Shown: piece after piece, positions 46,617-56,453 of the stretch
Position numbering within the stretch: position 1 is the stretch's first letter
How the letters are laid out: each line of letters starts with the position of its first letter
Assembly: GCA_965218435.1 (NCBI GenBank)
Contig: CBDCKW010000009.1
Coordinates: 352,001 to 416,000, forward strand
Direction of reading: 5' to 3'
Length of the DNA stretch: 64,000 nucleotides
From: Truepera sp.
GTDB taxonomy: Bacteria > Deinococcota > Deinococci > Deinococcales > Trueperaceae
Position numbers and translations under genes: made by a program
The notes under the pieces: model-generated
The model's database searches: none
What the model saw: only the letters and a program-made list of their open reading frames with translations
Told to the model about the DNA's origin: nothing

Positions 46617-47354
46617 GTGAGTAGCGTGTCAAGGTCTGCTGCTGCGCTTCCGGGTGTCGGTGTACGCGCCACGGTGGTTCAGTTTCCCGGTTCAAATTGC
46701 GACGAAGACACCGTATTTGCGCTTCAGTCACTTGGGGCTGAGGTGACGCGGGTGTGGCACACTAGTGCGCTGGGCGACGCCGACCTGGTAGTGCTTCCCG
46801 GCGGTTTTTCGTATGGCGACTACCTCCGGAGCGGGGCGATGGCCGCTCTGAGCCCGGTCATAAACGACGTTAAACGTTTTGCCGCGCGGGGCGGCCTGGT
46901 ACTGGGTATCTGTAACGGCTTTCAGCTCTTGACCGAAGCGCGGCTCTTACCGGGGGCGCTCGTCCGCAACACCGGCCTGCACTTTGTCTGTGAACGGGTT
47001 TATGTTCGCGCCGACGGTGACTCGAGCTTTACCTCGGCGTGTCAACCCGGTGAGGTTTTAGCACTACCGGTAGCTCACGGCGAAGGGCGTTTTATTGCGG
47101 ATGAAGCGGTGTTAGAGCGGCTCGAGCATGAAAACCGCGTTGTCTTTCGCTACTGCACCCCTGACGGCGAAGTGACAAGTACAGCCAATCCGAACGGCAG
47201 TTTGAACCATATCGCCGGAATCGTGAATGAACGTGGCAACGTCTGCGGGTTGATGCCGCACCCCGAACGGGCAGTTGACCCGCTTTTAGGGGGCACCGAC
47301 GGGCGAAAGGTCTTTGAATCGGTGTTTAGGGCGCTGGTGGAGGCTGGGGGGTAA
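46617..47354 (+). CDS. purQ: Phosphoribosylformylglycinamidine synthase glutaminase subunit
   Basis: FPGSNCD, PGGFSYGDYLR.GA, GICNGFQ, AHGEG, NPNGS, MPHPER; start uncertain. Confidence 0.95.
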   Translation: MSSVSRSAAALPGVGVRATVVQFPGSNCDEDTVFALQSLGAEVTRVWHTSALGDADLVVLPGGFSYGDYLRSGAMAALSPVINDVKRFAARGGLVLGICNGFQLLTEARLLPGALVRNTGLHFVCERVYVRADGDSSFTSACQPGEVLALPVAHGEGRFIADEAVLERLEHENRVVFRYCTPDGEVTSTANPNGSLNHIAGIVNERGNVCGLMPHPERAVDPLLGGTDGRKVFESVFRALVEAGG

Positions 47355-47623
47355 ACAGTGCGGAACTCGGTAGTTTAGCGCCACTCTGCTGCGCAAGAGA
47401 AACTGAGTTGATGCGAACCAGTCCCTGATATATCCAAATATCCCTAAACCACCGAGCACTTATTTCCGAGTAGGCAAAAGCTGCCTGCGTAACAAACTCG
47501 TTAGGAAGTTTCGCAAACCGGTCGCAACTTACCCGCAAGCGACTCTGCTTAAACTTTGCTGGGGGCGTCCGGGGTCAGTGGGGTGACTTGAACAGCTCGG
47601 AGCTGCGAGAAGAGGGGAGCACC

Positions 47624-48571
47624 GTGTTTTGGGAACGTTTGGTTGAGACCGCCGAACAACATTTTGCCTGGAAGGTCCGGCAGCGCAAGCGCCAAGACCG
47701 AAATCCTCTGTTGGTCACTTTTCAGGACAAATACGAAGCCAAACTTTATGCGCTCGAGCGGGGTATAAAGAGTGCTGAACTGCTCTGGGTAACAGACGAA
47801 GCGGCAACCCTACCTTTCAAGAAACTCCCGTCAGACTACTTTATCAAAGCGACGCACGGTCAAAACTGGAACATCCGCTGTGCTAAGTCGCAGCTTTACC
47901 TTTACCGTAACGGTGCGAACCTGGTCAAACCGCCCAGCGCCCACGAGACCCATGCGCCCCTGCTCCCTACTTCCAGGCCCCCTATACCCAAGCTGAGCAA
48001 GCAGGCATGTATAGCGTTGTGTCACGACTGGTTGAGTCGTTCTTACTCGGCGTCAGAGTGGGCTTATACCAAGATCAAACCGCGCCTCATCGTCGAAGCG
48101 CCACTGATTCAGCGCGAAGGCGAGCAACTTTTTGACTACCGGTTTTACACGTTTGGCGGCAAGGTTAGAGCTATCAGTCTAGGTTCGCCCCTTTACCGCA
48201 AGGGCAAGTTGAACGTCTTTTTTACGCCTGCGTGGAACGTGATCAAACTCAGCCGTTACGCAGAAGCGCTGCCCTCGCCTGTACCGGATAAACCGGATAC
48301 ACTTGGGGAGATGATCGTTACAGCTGAACTACTCGGAAAGAACATAGATTTTGTGCGTGTTGACCTTTATGACACGTCTCAGGGCGTCATGTTGGGAGAA
48401 CTTACCGTCTATCCCCACGCCGGACTTGTCGGTACACCTACAGGTTGCCGCACGTTTAATCGTTGGCTGGGACAGCAGTGGACACCTACGGTTGCAAGCC
48501 GCTGCTTAAGTTATGACCGTGTACCAGGATGTCTCCTAAGAAAAGCCGTCTCTATCCCTGATCTTCTTTGA
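47624..48571 (+). CDS. TupA-like ATP-grasp amidoligase
   Basis: DKY..K, IKA.HG, EWAY..IKP.LI.E, DYRFY.F.G, FVRVDLY, GELT.YP; GAGGGGAG before GTG 47624. Confidence 0.85.
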   Translation: MFWERLVETAEQHFAWKVRQRKRQDRNPLLVTFQDKYEAKLYALERGIKSAELLWVTDEAATLPFKKLPSDYFIKATHGQNWNIRCAKSQLYLYRNGANLVKPPSAHETHAPLLPTSRPPIPKLSKQACIALCHDWLSRSYSASEWAYTKIKPRLIVEAPLIQREGEQLFDYRFYTFGGKVRAISLGSPLYRKGKLNVFFTPAWNVIKLSRYAEALPSPVPDKPDTLGEMIVTAELLGKNIDFVRVDLYDTSQGVMLGELTVYPHAGLVGTPTGCRTFNRWLGQQWTPTVASRCLSYDRVPGCLLRKAVSIPDLL

Positions 48572-48764
48572 GTTTGTTTACAAAGCTGGAGCCAGCGGCA
48601 AAGCCCTTTGGCCTCGCCCGTCGAAGTCTTAGCTCCCTGAAACACAGCTAGAGCTGAAAAAATACCGCATAGCGGTGTCGGACTTTTACAGTTGCTACAT
48701 TCACAATGAACTTATGAAGAGACGCACGTCACACGGCCTTCACTTTTTCTCAGTACGATAAAGT

Positions 48765-50045
48765 GTGATAATTCGCCTGCTAACCTGCCTCCTGATAACG
48801 CTACTGACGAGCTGCACCCTACCCGGTGTAAGGTCGCAAGCCGTTTCCCGCGTAAGTCCGCCGCTTAAGCCAGTAGGGACGTACAGTTTAAGGGGTGATC
48901 CGAACTTCGACCCCAACCAGCTTCCCGGTGAGATGAAACTCTGGCATACGCGCCTGTGGGACGGGATCAGATACGTCAATGACAGCGACAGCAGTTTTAA
49001 TCCGGAAGAGCTCGCGGCCAGCGGCGACTTGCCCGCCATAGGTAGAAAGTTTAACAACTACATTACGACGCTGATCACAGCTCTGCGCGTAACGAAAGAC
49101 CTGGCGCTACTTGACGAAATTGATCGCCTCATGGAAATAGCCCGGACGCAACTCGCAGATTACGACGGCGACGGTTTTAGGAACTGGCGTTATCTAGATG
49201 AAGATGGGGACGCGGAATACTACGGTAATGATTACTACACGATGGAAGAAATATTAGCGCATTCTGTTGTAGCCGCCGCTGCTGCGGCCCTTTATGAAAA
49301 CGCAGCGTTTAACGAGCGTTACCGCGAACACGCCATTTTTTGGGAAGACTACCTAAAAAACGATTTCGAGGCCAAGTGGCGCAAACGTAACGGCGTACCC
49401 TTCGGCTTTCCGTTTCTTGTCCGTAACCTCATGCACCCCTACGTCGAGTTTATCCGCTATCACCTCTATATGTACGACTTAACCGGCGACGCGGCTTACT
49501 ACAGCGAAGCCGAGCGGATGGCGCGCGAGGTAACGCAGCAGGTCAGAAAGGTTTATACCGCAGGTGGACCGGCCTACGTGTGGGATCAGCGGTTCTTGCC
49601 CGAAGCTGAAAGGAGCGACGCGGTAGGTTGCCAACCGTTTGCCTATCTGCGGCTTACTTTCCAGACGTTTCAAGATTTAGCGTTAGAAGGCTTTAGCATC
49701 TTTGACGACACCTTTATGCAGTACATAGCGACGGCGATGACCTCTCTCGTGATGAAAGACAGCTACCGTTCATTCGCCGGCGATATCTGTGGTGGTAGGT
49801 TTCAGGCCGGACTCCGGCCTTCCGGTAGAGACGACGGCATTACGTTTCACTTCGTCAACTATCCCTACGCAGTTGTCGGCAAATGGGACGCGACCGGCAA
49901 GCTCGAGCGCGCCGTCAGACGGGCTTATAACGAGGTTGACCTAGACGACAACTATTACACGATGGGCCGCGCCAACCTCTCCGCTGAGATGCTGTTTTTG
50001 CTGGCGAATAACCCTGACGGTAGGCGTGAAAGTGCTAAACGCTAA
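48765..50045 (+). CDS. Hypothetical lipoprotein, helical and aromatic-rich
   Basis: Lipobox LTSC; DYDGDG Ca-binding-like motif; TACGAT 5 nt before GTG. Confidence 0.7.
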   Translation: MIIRLLTCLLITLLTSCTLPGVRSQAVSRVSPPLKPVGTYSLRGDPNFDPNQLPGEMKLWHTRLWDGIRYVNDSDSSFNPEELAASGDLPAIGRKFNNYITTLITALRVTKDLALLDEIDRLMEIARTQLADYDGDGFRNWRYLDEDGDAEYYGNDYYTMEEILAHSVVAAAAAALYENAAFNERYREHAIFWEDYLKNDFEAKWRKRNGVPFGFPFLVRNLMHPYVEFIRYHLYMYDLTGDAAYYSEAERMAREVTQQVRKVYTAGGPAYVWDQRFLPEAERSDAVGCQPFAYLRLTFQTFQDLALEGFSIFDDTFMQYIATAMTSLVMKDSYRSFAGDICGGRFQAGLRPSGRDDGITFHFVNYPYAVVGKWDATGKLERAVRRAYNEVDLDDNYYTMGRANLSAEMLFLLANNPDGRRESAKR

Positions 50046-50280
50046 GCAGTACACGTTAGACGTAGCGCCTCCTTTGTAGGTATTGTGGGTAAGTCTACCT
50101 ACACTACACCATTACACTCTGGGACTGAGCAGCTAGAGAACACAATAACCTTGCTTGCAAGTGGCGTTGCCGCACAAATTGGAATTAGTAGGTCTTAAAA
50201 TGCTTCGACTTCAAACAAGGTTACCCAAACTAGTCTCGACCGTAATACGAAATCTATAGACGCATCAAGTGTTCTAAATC

Positions 50281-50316
50281 AGGATTGAGCTGAGGGAAAC
50301 CTCAGCTCAATCCTTT
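50281..50316 (+). terminator. Perfect 15-bp stem with GAAA tetraloop
   Basis: AGGATTGAGCTGAGG-GAAA-CCTCAGCTCAATCCT-TT. Confidence 0.7.
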
Positions 50317-50397
50317 GATAACAAAGAGCGCGGTTGTCTTTACTAAGCGGAGTATGGAAGGACTACAAAAATGTTTCTAACATTAGCAAACAAGGTA

Positions 50398-50426
50398 TTG
50401 ACTTCCATATGAAAAGATGATAATTT
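50398..50426 (+). promoter_or_regulatory. Sigma-70-type promoter for the lipoprotein pair
   Basis: TTGACT-17 nt-TAATTT with extended TG; AGGAG RBS before ATG 50487. Confidence 0.5.
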
Positions 50427-50486
50427 CATTTCACCAACCAACTTCTATGCCGGTTGAGACCTCATCTCTAAAGTCAGGAGCAAAGT

Positions 50487-50951
50487 ATGCGTCCACATCG
50501 GCGCACTATTTTAGTCTTAGTTCTAACTGCTGTACTGATACCAAGTCTATCGAGCTGTAGCAAGCAGCCGCTCACAACTATTATGATTGTCGGCAATCAA
50601 AGCGCGGTGGGTTCACCGACTTGCGCAGACGGTTTACAAGCCACACTGTTCGACGCGAAAACGAAGGCCATTTTGATTGAAAGCCCGAAGGTTGAAGCAG
50701 GTCAGCAGTCTAACCAAACCGCTAAGCAGCCGATTCTTCCGGGAACTGAAGCCATTATAGAGGTAAATTGCTTTAACGGAGAGCAAACCGGTATTTTTGA
50801 AGGAAAAAGGGAGCTTTATCCACCTGGATCATACGCGAGCGCAATCACTATTGTAGTTGGCCCACAGGACAGTTCAGACAGTAACTGTTGGTCTAAACTT
50901 CCAAACATGACCCTTAAAAGTGTTGAGCCAACACCTTGTGTTGTAAGTTAA
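50487..50951 (+). CDS. Hypothetical small lipoprotein with four additional Cys
   Basis: Lipobox LSSC; AGGAG RBS; AT-richer than backbone. Confidence 0.75.
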   Translation: MRPHRRTILVLVLTAVLIPSLSSCSKQPLTTIMIVGNQSAVGSPTCADGLQATLFDAKTKAILIESPKVEAGQQSNQTAKQPILPGTEAIIEVNCFNGEQTGIFEGKRELYPPGSYASAITIVVGPQDSSDSNCWSKLPNMTLKSVEPTPCVVS

Positions 50952-50967
50952 TTTCCAGGAGAACAGC

Positions 50968-52137
50968 ATGAAAAACCTGCGCTTTTCACGTTTGTTAGGT
51001 GTAGCTTCAGTCCTTTCGTTGAGCGTTGCCCTTATCTCTTGTGGCACGAGCAACAACCTTCCCTCTGATGCCAATGGTTCGGATATACAGCTGTTTACTC
51101 AGAGTGCAAAACTCTATACTTCAGAAGAGGTCAGAGATTTAACGACTGACAAGCTCGAGGCACTTTCACTCGGAGGTTCGCCTGAGAACGCTATTGTACC
51201 TGTAGTTTTCGCGGCAGATGGACACTTGCTTACAACAACAGAGTTCAATGACATGCTCAGGAAAAATACTAAAACTAACGACAACTTCAAAGGTACTAAA
51301 ACGTACTTTACCAACCTTCAAACTTACAGAACAATGCTTGATGGAAATCAATCTCTGAAATCGGCGAACTTGGATAAGATAAAATATCTACAACCGAGGT
51401 ATGCATACGCGCTCTCCGCACCCGAACCTTTGGATTCTAGCCTTAGCACCTCTTCAACTGATACTCAAACAGAAGGCAAAATCTATCTTTTTGATGCTTA
51501 TGAGACTGAGTATCGTACTCCAGCAGAACAGACGAAGCTCGTAGAGACGAAACTTGAAGAGGCGCAGTCCCATCAACTTTCTACGCAAGCTGTTGCATTA
51601 CCGTCGCTTACTGCTGTTGGCGACTTTGCCTGGACTAATCAGCAGAAAAGCCAAACAGCTATATCAGGTCATAATGGCATTGTTGTAGCCTTAAATAACG
51701 GCGGCCTTACGGGAGGAAGCAGAACAGCAAAAGGAACGATGACATTTGAGGCTCGTGGCTCATCAGGTGGCTCTTCTGCAAACAGTGATGTCAAAACTCG
51801 GGCTCAAGAAGTTGCTAAATGGCCTATAGGGACATCTTTCGGAGGTGTTGGGAGACAAGCTCTAGTTGGTATTCCAGGGGGCATGACAAATAACCAAAGG
51901 ATTGCGGTAAGAAACTTTGCCCTTGCTCAAGACCCTGGTAAATACGACTGGACACGGAAAAAGTGGGATCATTGTTCAGGCAATGCGTCTTGCGGGTGGT
52001 ACTGTTCGTACCTCGTTTGGAAAGACTGGCTATGGGTTTTGGGAGTTGACCTTGATCCGGGCCTTGGATTTTGGGTATACCCATACGAACTCATGGCAAG
52101 CGACAAAATACACGTATATTTCAAACAGGGTTACTAA
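50968..52137 (+). CDS. Lipoprotein with a C-terminal permuted papain-like (YiiX/YaeF/YycO-type NlpC/P60) domain
   Basis: Lipobox LISC; GD...GHNGIV...E, then YCSYLVW...LD..G..VYP (His precedes Cys, the permuted order). Confidence 0.75.
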   Translation: MKNLRFSRLLGVASVLSLSVALISCGTSNNLPSDANGSDIQLFTQSAKLYTSEEVRDLTTDKLEALSLGGSPENAIVPVVFAADGHLLTTTEFNDMLRKNTKTNDNFKGTKTYFTNLQTYRTMLDGNQSLKSANLDKIKYLQPRYAYALSAPEPLDSSLSTSSTDTQTEGKIYLFDAYETEYRTPAEQTKLVETKLEEAQSHQLSTQAVALPSLTAVGDFAWTNQQKSQTAISGHNGIVVALNNGGLTGGSRTAKGTMTFEARGSSGGSSANSDVKTRAQEVAKWPIGTSFGGVGRQALVGIPGGMTNNQRIAVRNFALAQDPGKYDWTRKKWDHCSGNASCGWYCSYLVWKDWLWVLGVDLDPGLGFWVYPYELMASDKIHVYFKQGY

Positions 52138-52209
52138 GAGGGATTTAACTAAGGCTTTGCTTTCCGAGTATGCCAAGCGTTAGCCGCTAACAAGAAGCTG
52201 GGGGAGACC

Positions 52210-52602
52210 TCAGCTTTTTTGACGGAAGCTAAAAAATAAAATAGCCCAACCGGTGAGTTGCAGTACACCGCCGATAGGGGCGACTGCGCCCAAAATGCTC
52301 ACGCCGCTAAAGACGAGCGTGTAAAGACTCCCTGAAAAGACGATACTCCCGATGAAAAGCCACGGCGCAGCCCGCTGCGCTTTGAGCGGCAATGCACCTA
52401 GAGCGAGCAGCCCGAGGGCGTGAAACATCTGATAGCGGACGGCAGTTTGGTAGGTCTCGAGCCGATCCGGGGTCAGTACGCCGTTAAGCGCGTGTGCGCC
52501 AAAAGCCCCCAACGCAACGCCTAAAAAAGCGAGCAGTGCGCCGAGTTGAGCCGGGTTGACGCGGGCGCGTCTGGATGTGCGAGTTTGAACAGTGCCAGCC
52601 AT
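52210..52602 (-). CDS. DUF423 (YgdD/TMEM256) membrane protein
   Basis: GAFGAH, TAVRYQMFH, FSGSLY, APIGG. Confidence 0.9.
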   Translation of the reverse strand: MAGTVQTRTSRRARVNPAQLGALLAFLGVALGAFGAHALNGVLTPDRLETYQTAVRYQMFHALGLLALGALPLKAQRAAPWLFIGSIVFSGSLYTLVFSGVSILGAVAPIGGVLQLTGWAILFFSFRQKS

Positions 52603-52609
52603 CTCTTAA

Positions 52610-53308
52610 TTATAGGGCGACCGTGGCCGGAAGGTGTTCAGCCTCCAACATGCCGTCGGAAAAGGTGAGCACCTGGTCTACTTCGTCTACGAGCCGCGCG
52701 TCGTGCGTGACCAAGATGACCGTTCGGCCTTCCTCGGCGGCCTGCCGAAGCGCCGCGACGACGACCTTGCCGCTCTTCGAGTCGAGGTTGCCGGTAGGTT
52801 CGTCGGCAAAGACGACGTTCGGGTCGTTGGCTAAAGCGCGTGCGATGCTGACGCGCTGCCGCTCGCCGCCGGAGAGCTTGTGCGGCAGATGATGGGCGCG
52901 TCCCTCCAACCCAAAACGTCCCAAAAGCTCGAGCGCCTTCGCTTTACATTGCGCTGTGTGAACCCCCGCTAACCCCATCGGAAAGGCGACATTTTGCCAC
53001 GCGTTTTGCACCGCGATGAGGTTGTACGACTGAAACACAAAGCCGAAGTACCGGAGCCGCAGCTCAGCCCGTGCGTCTTCTGGTAAGGCGCTGATAACCC
53101 TGTCGCCGAGCCTGACTTCACCCGCGGTCGGGGTATCGAGTCCGGCCAAGAGGTTGAGCAGGGTCGTTTTACCCGAACCCGACGGTCCCATAATGGCCGT
53201 AACCGAACCGGTTGGAAAGGTGTAAGAAAACCCCGCAAGCGCGACGACCTCGCCGCCAGGGTCTTGGTAAACTTTGCGTAACTGACGGGCACTAAGCTGC
53301 TGATTCAC
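52610..53308 (-). CDS. ABC transporter ATP-binding protein (LolD/MacB type)
   Basis: [28 protein letters not shown]. Confidence 0.93.
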   Translation of the reverse strand: MNQQLSARQLRKVYQDPGGEVVALAGFSYTFPTGSVTAIMGPSGSGKTTLLNLLAGLDTPTAGEVRLGDRVISALPEDARAELRLRYFGFVFQSYNLIAVQNAWQNVAFPMGLAGVHTAQCKAKALELLGRFGLEGRAHHLPHKLSGGERQRVSIARALANDPNVVFADEPTGNLDSKSGKVVVAALRQAAEEGRTVILVTHDARLVDEVDQVLTFSDGMLEAEHLPATVAL

Positions 53309-53356
53309 GCTCGAGTATAGCTTGACTCCTTACCAGCAAGTGTTGTCATAAGGGCT

Positions 53357-55084
53357 TTAGCGGCCACCGCCCCCACCCCCGCCACCCCCCCCGCCACCGC
53401 CTGCAACCGACCCGCCCGACGACGCGGACGCGCCTGCTGCACTCAGGGCGCTGCTAAGTGAACTCAGCGAACTCGTCACCTCACCCAAACTCTGAAGCTG
53501 CCCCGTTGACATATTTCCCAGCCAGAGCGGGGCGTAGGTTGCGGTACTCTGCCCGCGTTCGGGTGCGGCCCGCTGCATGTTTTTAAGAAACTTGTCGGCC
53601 ACCCCGAGCGCCGCTGCGTAGCAGTAGTACACTTCCCAGAGCTTGAAAAAATCGTCGGGGGCGCGTTTCATCTGCGTGTAGTCGGACAAGGTGCGCTTAA
53701 AGCCCTGCCAACCGAGAGCTTCGGGTGCGACCTCTTGACGCCACGCCGGGATGCTGAATAGTGCGACTGCCCCCAAGCTGCCGCAGAGCACAGCTCCGAC
53801 GACAAAGGCGACCTGGGCCACGCCGAGGGTTAAAACAATTCCTAAAACACACCCGGCCGTTGAAAGTAGCGCCAGCGCAAACCACACCCCGGCGGCGCGT
53901 TGGCTCGCAGGCTCGAGCCTCGTCCCGCCTAACTCTTGACTGAGCCATAAGCCGACCCCATTCCACCAGCCGCTCATAAACCCCCTCAGATTTTTTTCGG
54001 AATAGCGTTTGAGTTCACGGAACTCGAGGTAATCGGGGTCGCCTTGGCTACTTTTAGCAGCGCGTTTAAGGTAATTCAAAACGTCGCACTCGAAAGGCAA
54101 CAACTCAGTGTCGTCTTTGTCTGAGAGCTGCATATTGAACTTGCCCAATTTGGAATCGAACACGCCGTAGCCGCGCCGCGCCAAATCCATAATCGTGGCG
54201 TGAAACGCGGGGCTGGAATTATTAGCAAATCGTGACGCGAAATAAGGCACCGTCGCCGGGGGCCGGTCAGCTGGAGGTTCAAACGGATATTGCATCACTG
54301 GAGCGGTCGGGCGATAGCGCCGCGCTGCCCGTGTGATGCCGAATACTAGGCCGCTGAGCGGTAGCAGCACGAGCAGACCCCAAAACGGATTACGCCGCGC
54401 TTTGTCGAGTTCGGCGACTTGGGTTTCGTTGCGTAAAAGGCGTTCAAATCCAGGTTGCTTACCCTTGACGCTAAACAGTTGCGGCGGCATGAAATAGCGG
54501 ATTTCGACACCGGTATCTGCTGGAATATAGTTGTAGTGAACCTCGAGCGTCTGCCGGTCGTCTGACAGGTTGACGGTCGGTAGTTCGGTATTACCGAGCC
54601 GGTGAACATACGCGTTATAAGGGTCACGCATCGGCCCCGGTATCTGCACCGTCAGGTCGTAGCCTTGTACTTGTTGGTCTCTTTGTCCGAGGATGTGCCA
54701 ATACCACTGCACCACGTCGCTGTAGGGGTCCAGCGACCCCTCTAAGCGGTAACGGTAAAAGACGCGCCGCTCGCTGACGCGTGTTTCTTGCTGAACCACC
54801 AGCTCAGTTCCCCCCGAACCGTCTTCGCACGGTTGCTGAAACGCCCGTGCTGCCGGACCGGGGGAGACCGCACCGCCCTCTAGCAGCGTCACCGTCTGCT
54901 CTGCGGTGTGGTCGATACAGATATACGCTTCACCGAAATCCTCATCAGTCGTTAGCGTTCGTTCGTCTCTGACGATGACCGAGCCGTCGGCCTGAACGTT
55001 GACCTGTTGCACCACGCCCTGCCAGGTAAAGTCTTGAGCACTTGCTAAGCCGACAAAAAAAAGCCCTACAAAAAACCATTTCAT
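53357..55084 (-). CDS. DUF2207 family membrane protein
   Basis: Signal peptide, beta-rich N-domain (DGSV.V..E), ATIMDLARRG, W.GFK..L, YA.ALGV, Gly/Ser-rich tail. Confidence 0.88.
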   Translation of the reverse strand: MKWFFVGLFFVGLASAQDFTWQGVVQQVNVQADGSVIVRDERTLTTDEDFGEAYICIDHTAEQTVTLLEGGAVSPGPAARAFQQPCEDGSGGTELVVQQETRVSERRVFYRYRLEGSLDPYSDVVQWYWHILGQRDQQVQGYDLTVQIPGPMRDPYNAYVHRLGNTELPTVNLSDDRQTLEVHYNYIPADTGVEIRYFMPPQLFSVKGKQPGFERLLRNETQVAELDKARRNPFWGLLVLLPLSGLVFGITRAARRYRPTAPVMQYPFEPPADRPPATVPYFASRFANNSSPAFHATIMDLARRGYGVFDSKLGKFNMQLSDKDDTELLPFECDVLNYLKRAAKSSQGDPDYLEFRELKRYSEKNLRGFMSGWWNGVGLWLSQELGGTRLEPASQRAAGVWFALALLSTAGCVLGIVLTLGVAQVAFVVGAVLCGSLGAVALFSIPAWRQEVAPEALGWQGFKRTLSDYTQMKRAPDDFFKLWEVYYCYAAALGVADKFLKNMQRAAPERGQSTATYAPLWLGNMSTGQLQSLGEVTSSLSSLSSALSAAGASASSGGSVAGGGGGGGGGGGGGR

Positions 55085-55128
55085 AGGGCTGAGCTTACGC
55101 GTTTTGAGGTGTCACTGGCTAGAACACA

Positions 55129-56283
55129 TTATTCTCTCGACATCGCTACCGCGATGGGGATACGGGCGGCGCGGGCGGCAGGTAACAGCCCGGACAACAC
55201 ACCCATCAAAAAGGCGATGGCTACCGCGAACACGCCGAGCCGCAGAGTGAGGGCGGCCACATCCAGCCCGATTAAACGTTCGGCAATCCGGTTGACCACC
55301 AAAATACCAAACCAGCCGAGCAAAACGCCGAACGCAGCCCCGACTAGACTGAGTAGTACAGACTCGCTCAAGACCAGGCCGAACAAAAAGCGCGGTTTTG
55401 CGCCGACGGCGCGGATGACGCCGAACTCGCGGGTGCGTTCAAAGACGCTCATCAACACGGTGTTGGCCACGGCGATGGCCCCGACGATCAGGGCGATGGC
55501 GCTGATCCCGAGCCTTACGACGTCGCTGATACGGATGCCGCGCTCGAGCACCTTCAAAACTTCACCCTGAGTTTGAAACCCGAGGTCCGGGTAGGCTTGA
55601 GTGAGCGCCGCAGCCACCTCACCGGCCCTGGCGGGTTCTGCTAAGTCGAGCGCGAAAAAGCTGACGCGGTTACGAATCCCGATGGCCGCTTGCAAACTCT
55701 TCAGTGGCACGAGCACCGCGTTGTCAACCAGCCCGCTCCCCGAACGCGCCACGCCGACAATCTTAAGGCTGCTCTGCGGATTAAGCCGAAGCGTGTCGCC
55801 GACACCGATGCTGTTTCTCTCAGCGACCTGCTCACCGACCACCGCGACGTTGGCAGTCTCGTCTTTTTGAGTCAGCCCGCGCCCTTTTACTACGGCGTAA
55901 TCAAAGTAGATACTGCCCACCTCTAAACCGGGGGGCAACCCCTGAAACAAAAACGAATTTCCCAGTGAAAAGCTGCCCCGTGCGTAGAGCAAGATCGGAG
56001 TGACGCGGGTGATGCCGTACTCCTCACTTTGGGTACGAAGCTCAGCGGCGAAGCGGAGCGGGAGTTCGGGCACAGCGGTCAGCGCAGTCGTATCGAAGGG
56101 GCCGTAACTCACCTGAACGGCGGGGCCGATGCCGCCGATTTCGCGGCTAAAAACCTGCCGCAACCCTTCCCCGAGCGACAAAAAGATCACCGTCGAGGCG
56201 ACTGCCACGGCGATACCTAGCGCGGTCAGAAAGGTCCTTAAGGGGCGGAGGCGAAGCGATTGTAACGCGAGAGACCAGATCAT
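55129..56283 (-). CDS. ABC transporter permease (MacB/FtsX family)
   Basis: [33 protein letters not shown]. Confidence 0.92.
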   Translation of the reverse strand: MIWSLALQSLRLRPLRTFLTALGIAVAVASTVIFLSLGEGLRQVFSREIGGIGPAVQVSYGPFDTTALTAVPELPLRFAAELRTQSEEYGITRVTPILLYARGSFSLGNSFLFQGLPPGLEVGSIYFDYAVVKGRGLTQKDETANVAVVGEQVAERNSIGVGDTLRLNPQSSLKIVGVARSGSGLVDNAVLVPLKSLQAAIGIRNRVSFFALDLAEPARAGEVAAALTQAYPDLGFQTQGEVLKVLERGIRISDVVRLGISAIALIVGAIAVANTVLMSVFERTREFGVIRAVGAKPRFLFGLVLSESVLLSLVGAAFGVLLGWFGILVVNRIAERLIGLDVAALTLRLGVFAVAIAFLMGVLSGLLPAARAARIPIAVAMSRE

Positions 56284-56453
56284 ACGTTCACCCCTCTAGT
56301 CTACCGGTGACCGAGCGCCGCCGCCCTCTTTAAGCTTACGTGGCAGGTATCATCTGGCTGGCAGCCCTCTCCGTTTAGATTTTGCTGATCAGCACGCATA
56401 TTCTGTGATGATAGCTGGTGCAAGCTTACTTGGAAATGCTGATGGTTATGGCT

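Noticed and set aside
42952..52137. CPBP plus permuted NlpC/P60 as an LnsAB-like lipoprotein N-acylation pair
   Set aside because: The genes are more than 7 kb apart, on opposite strands, in different operons and of different composition.
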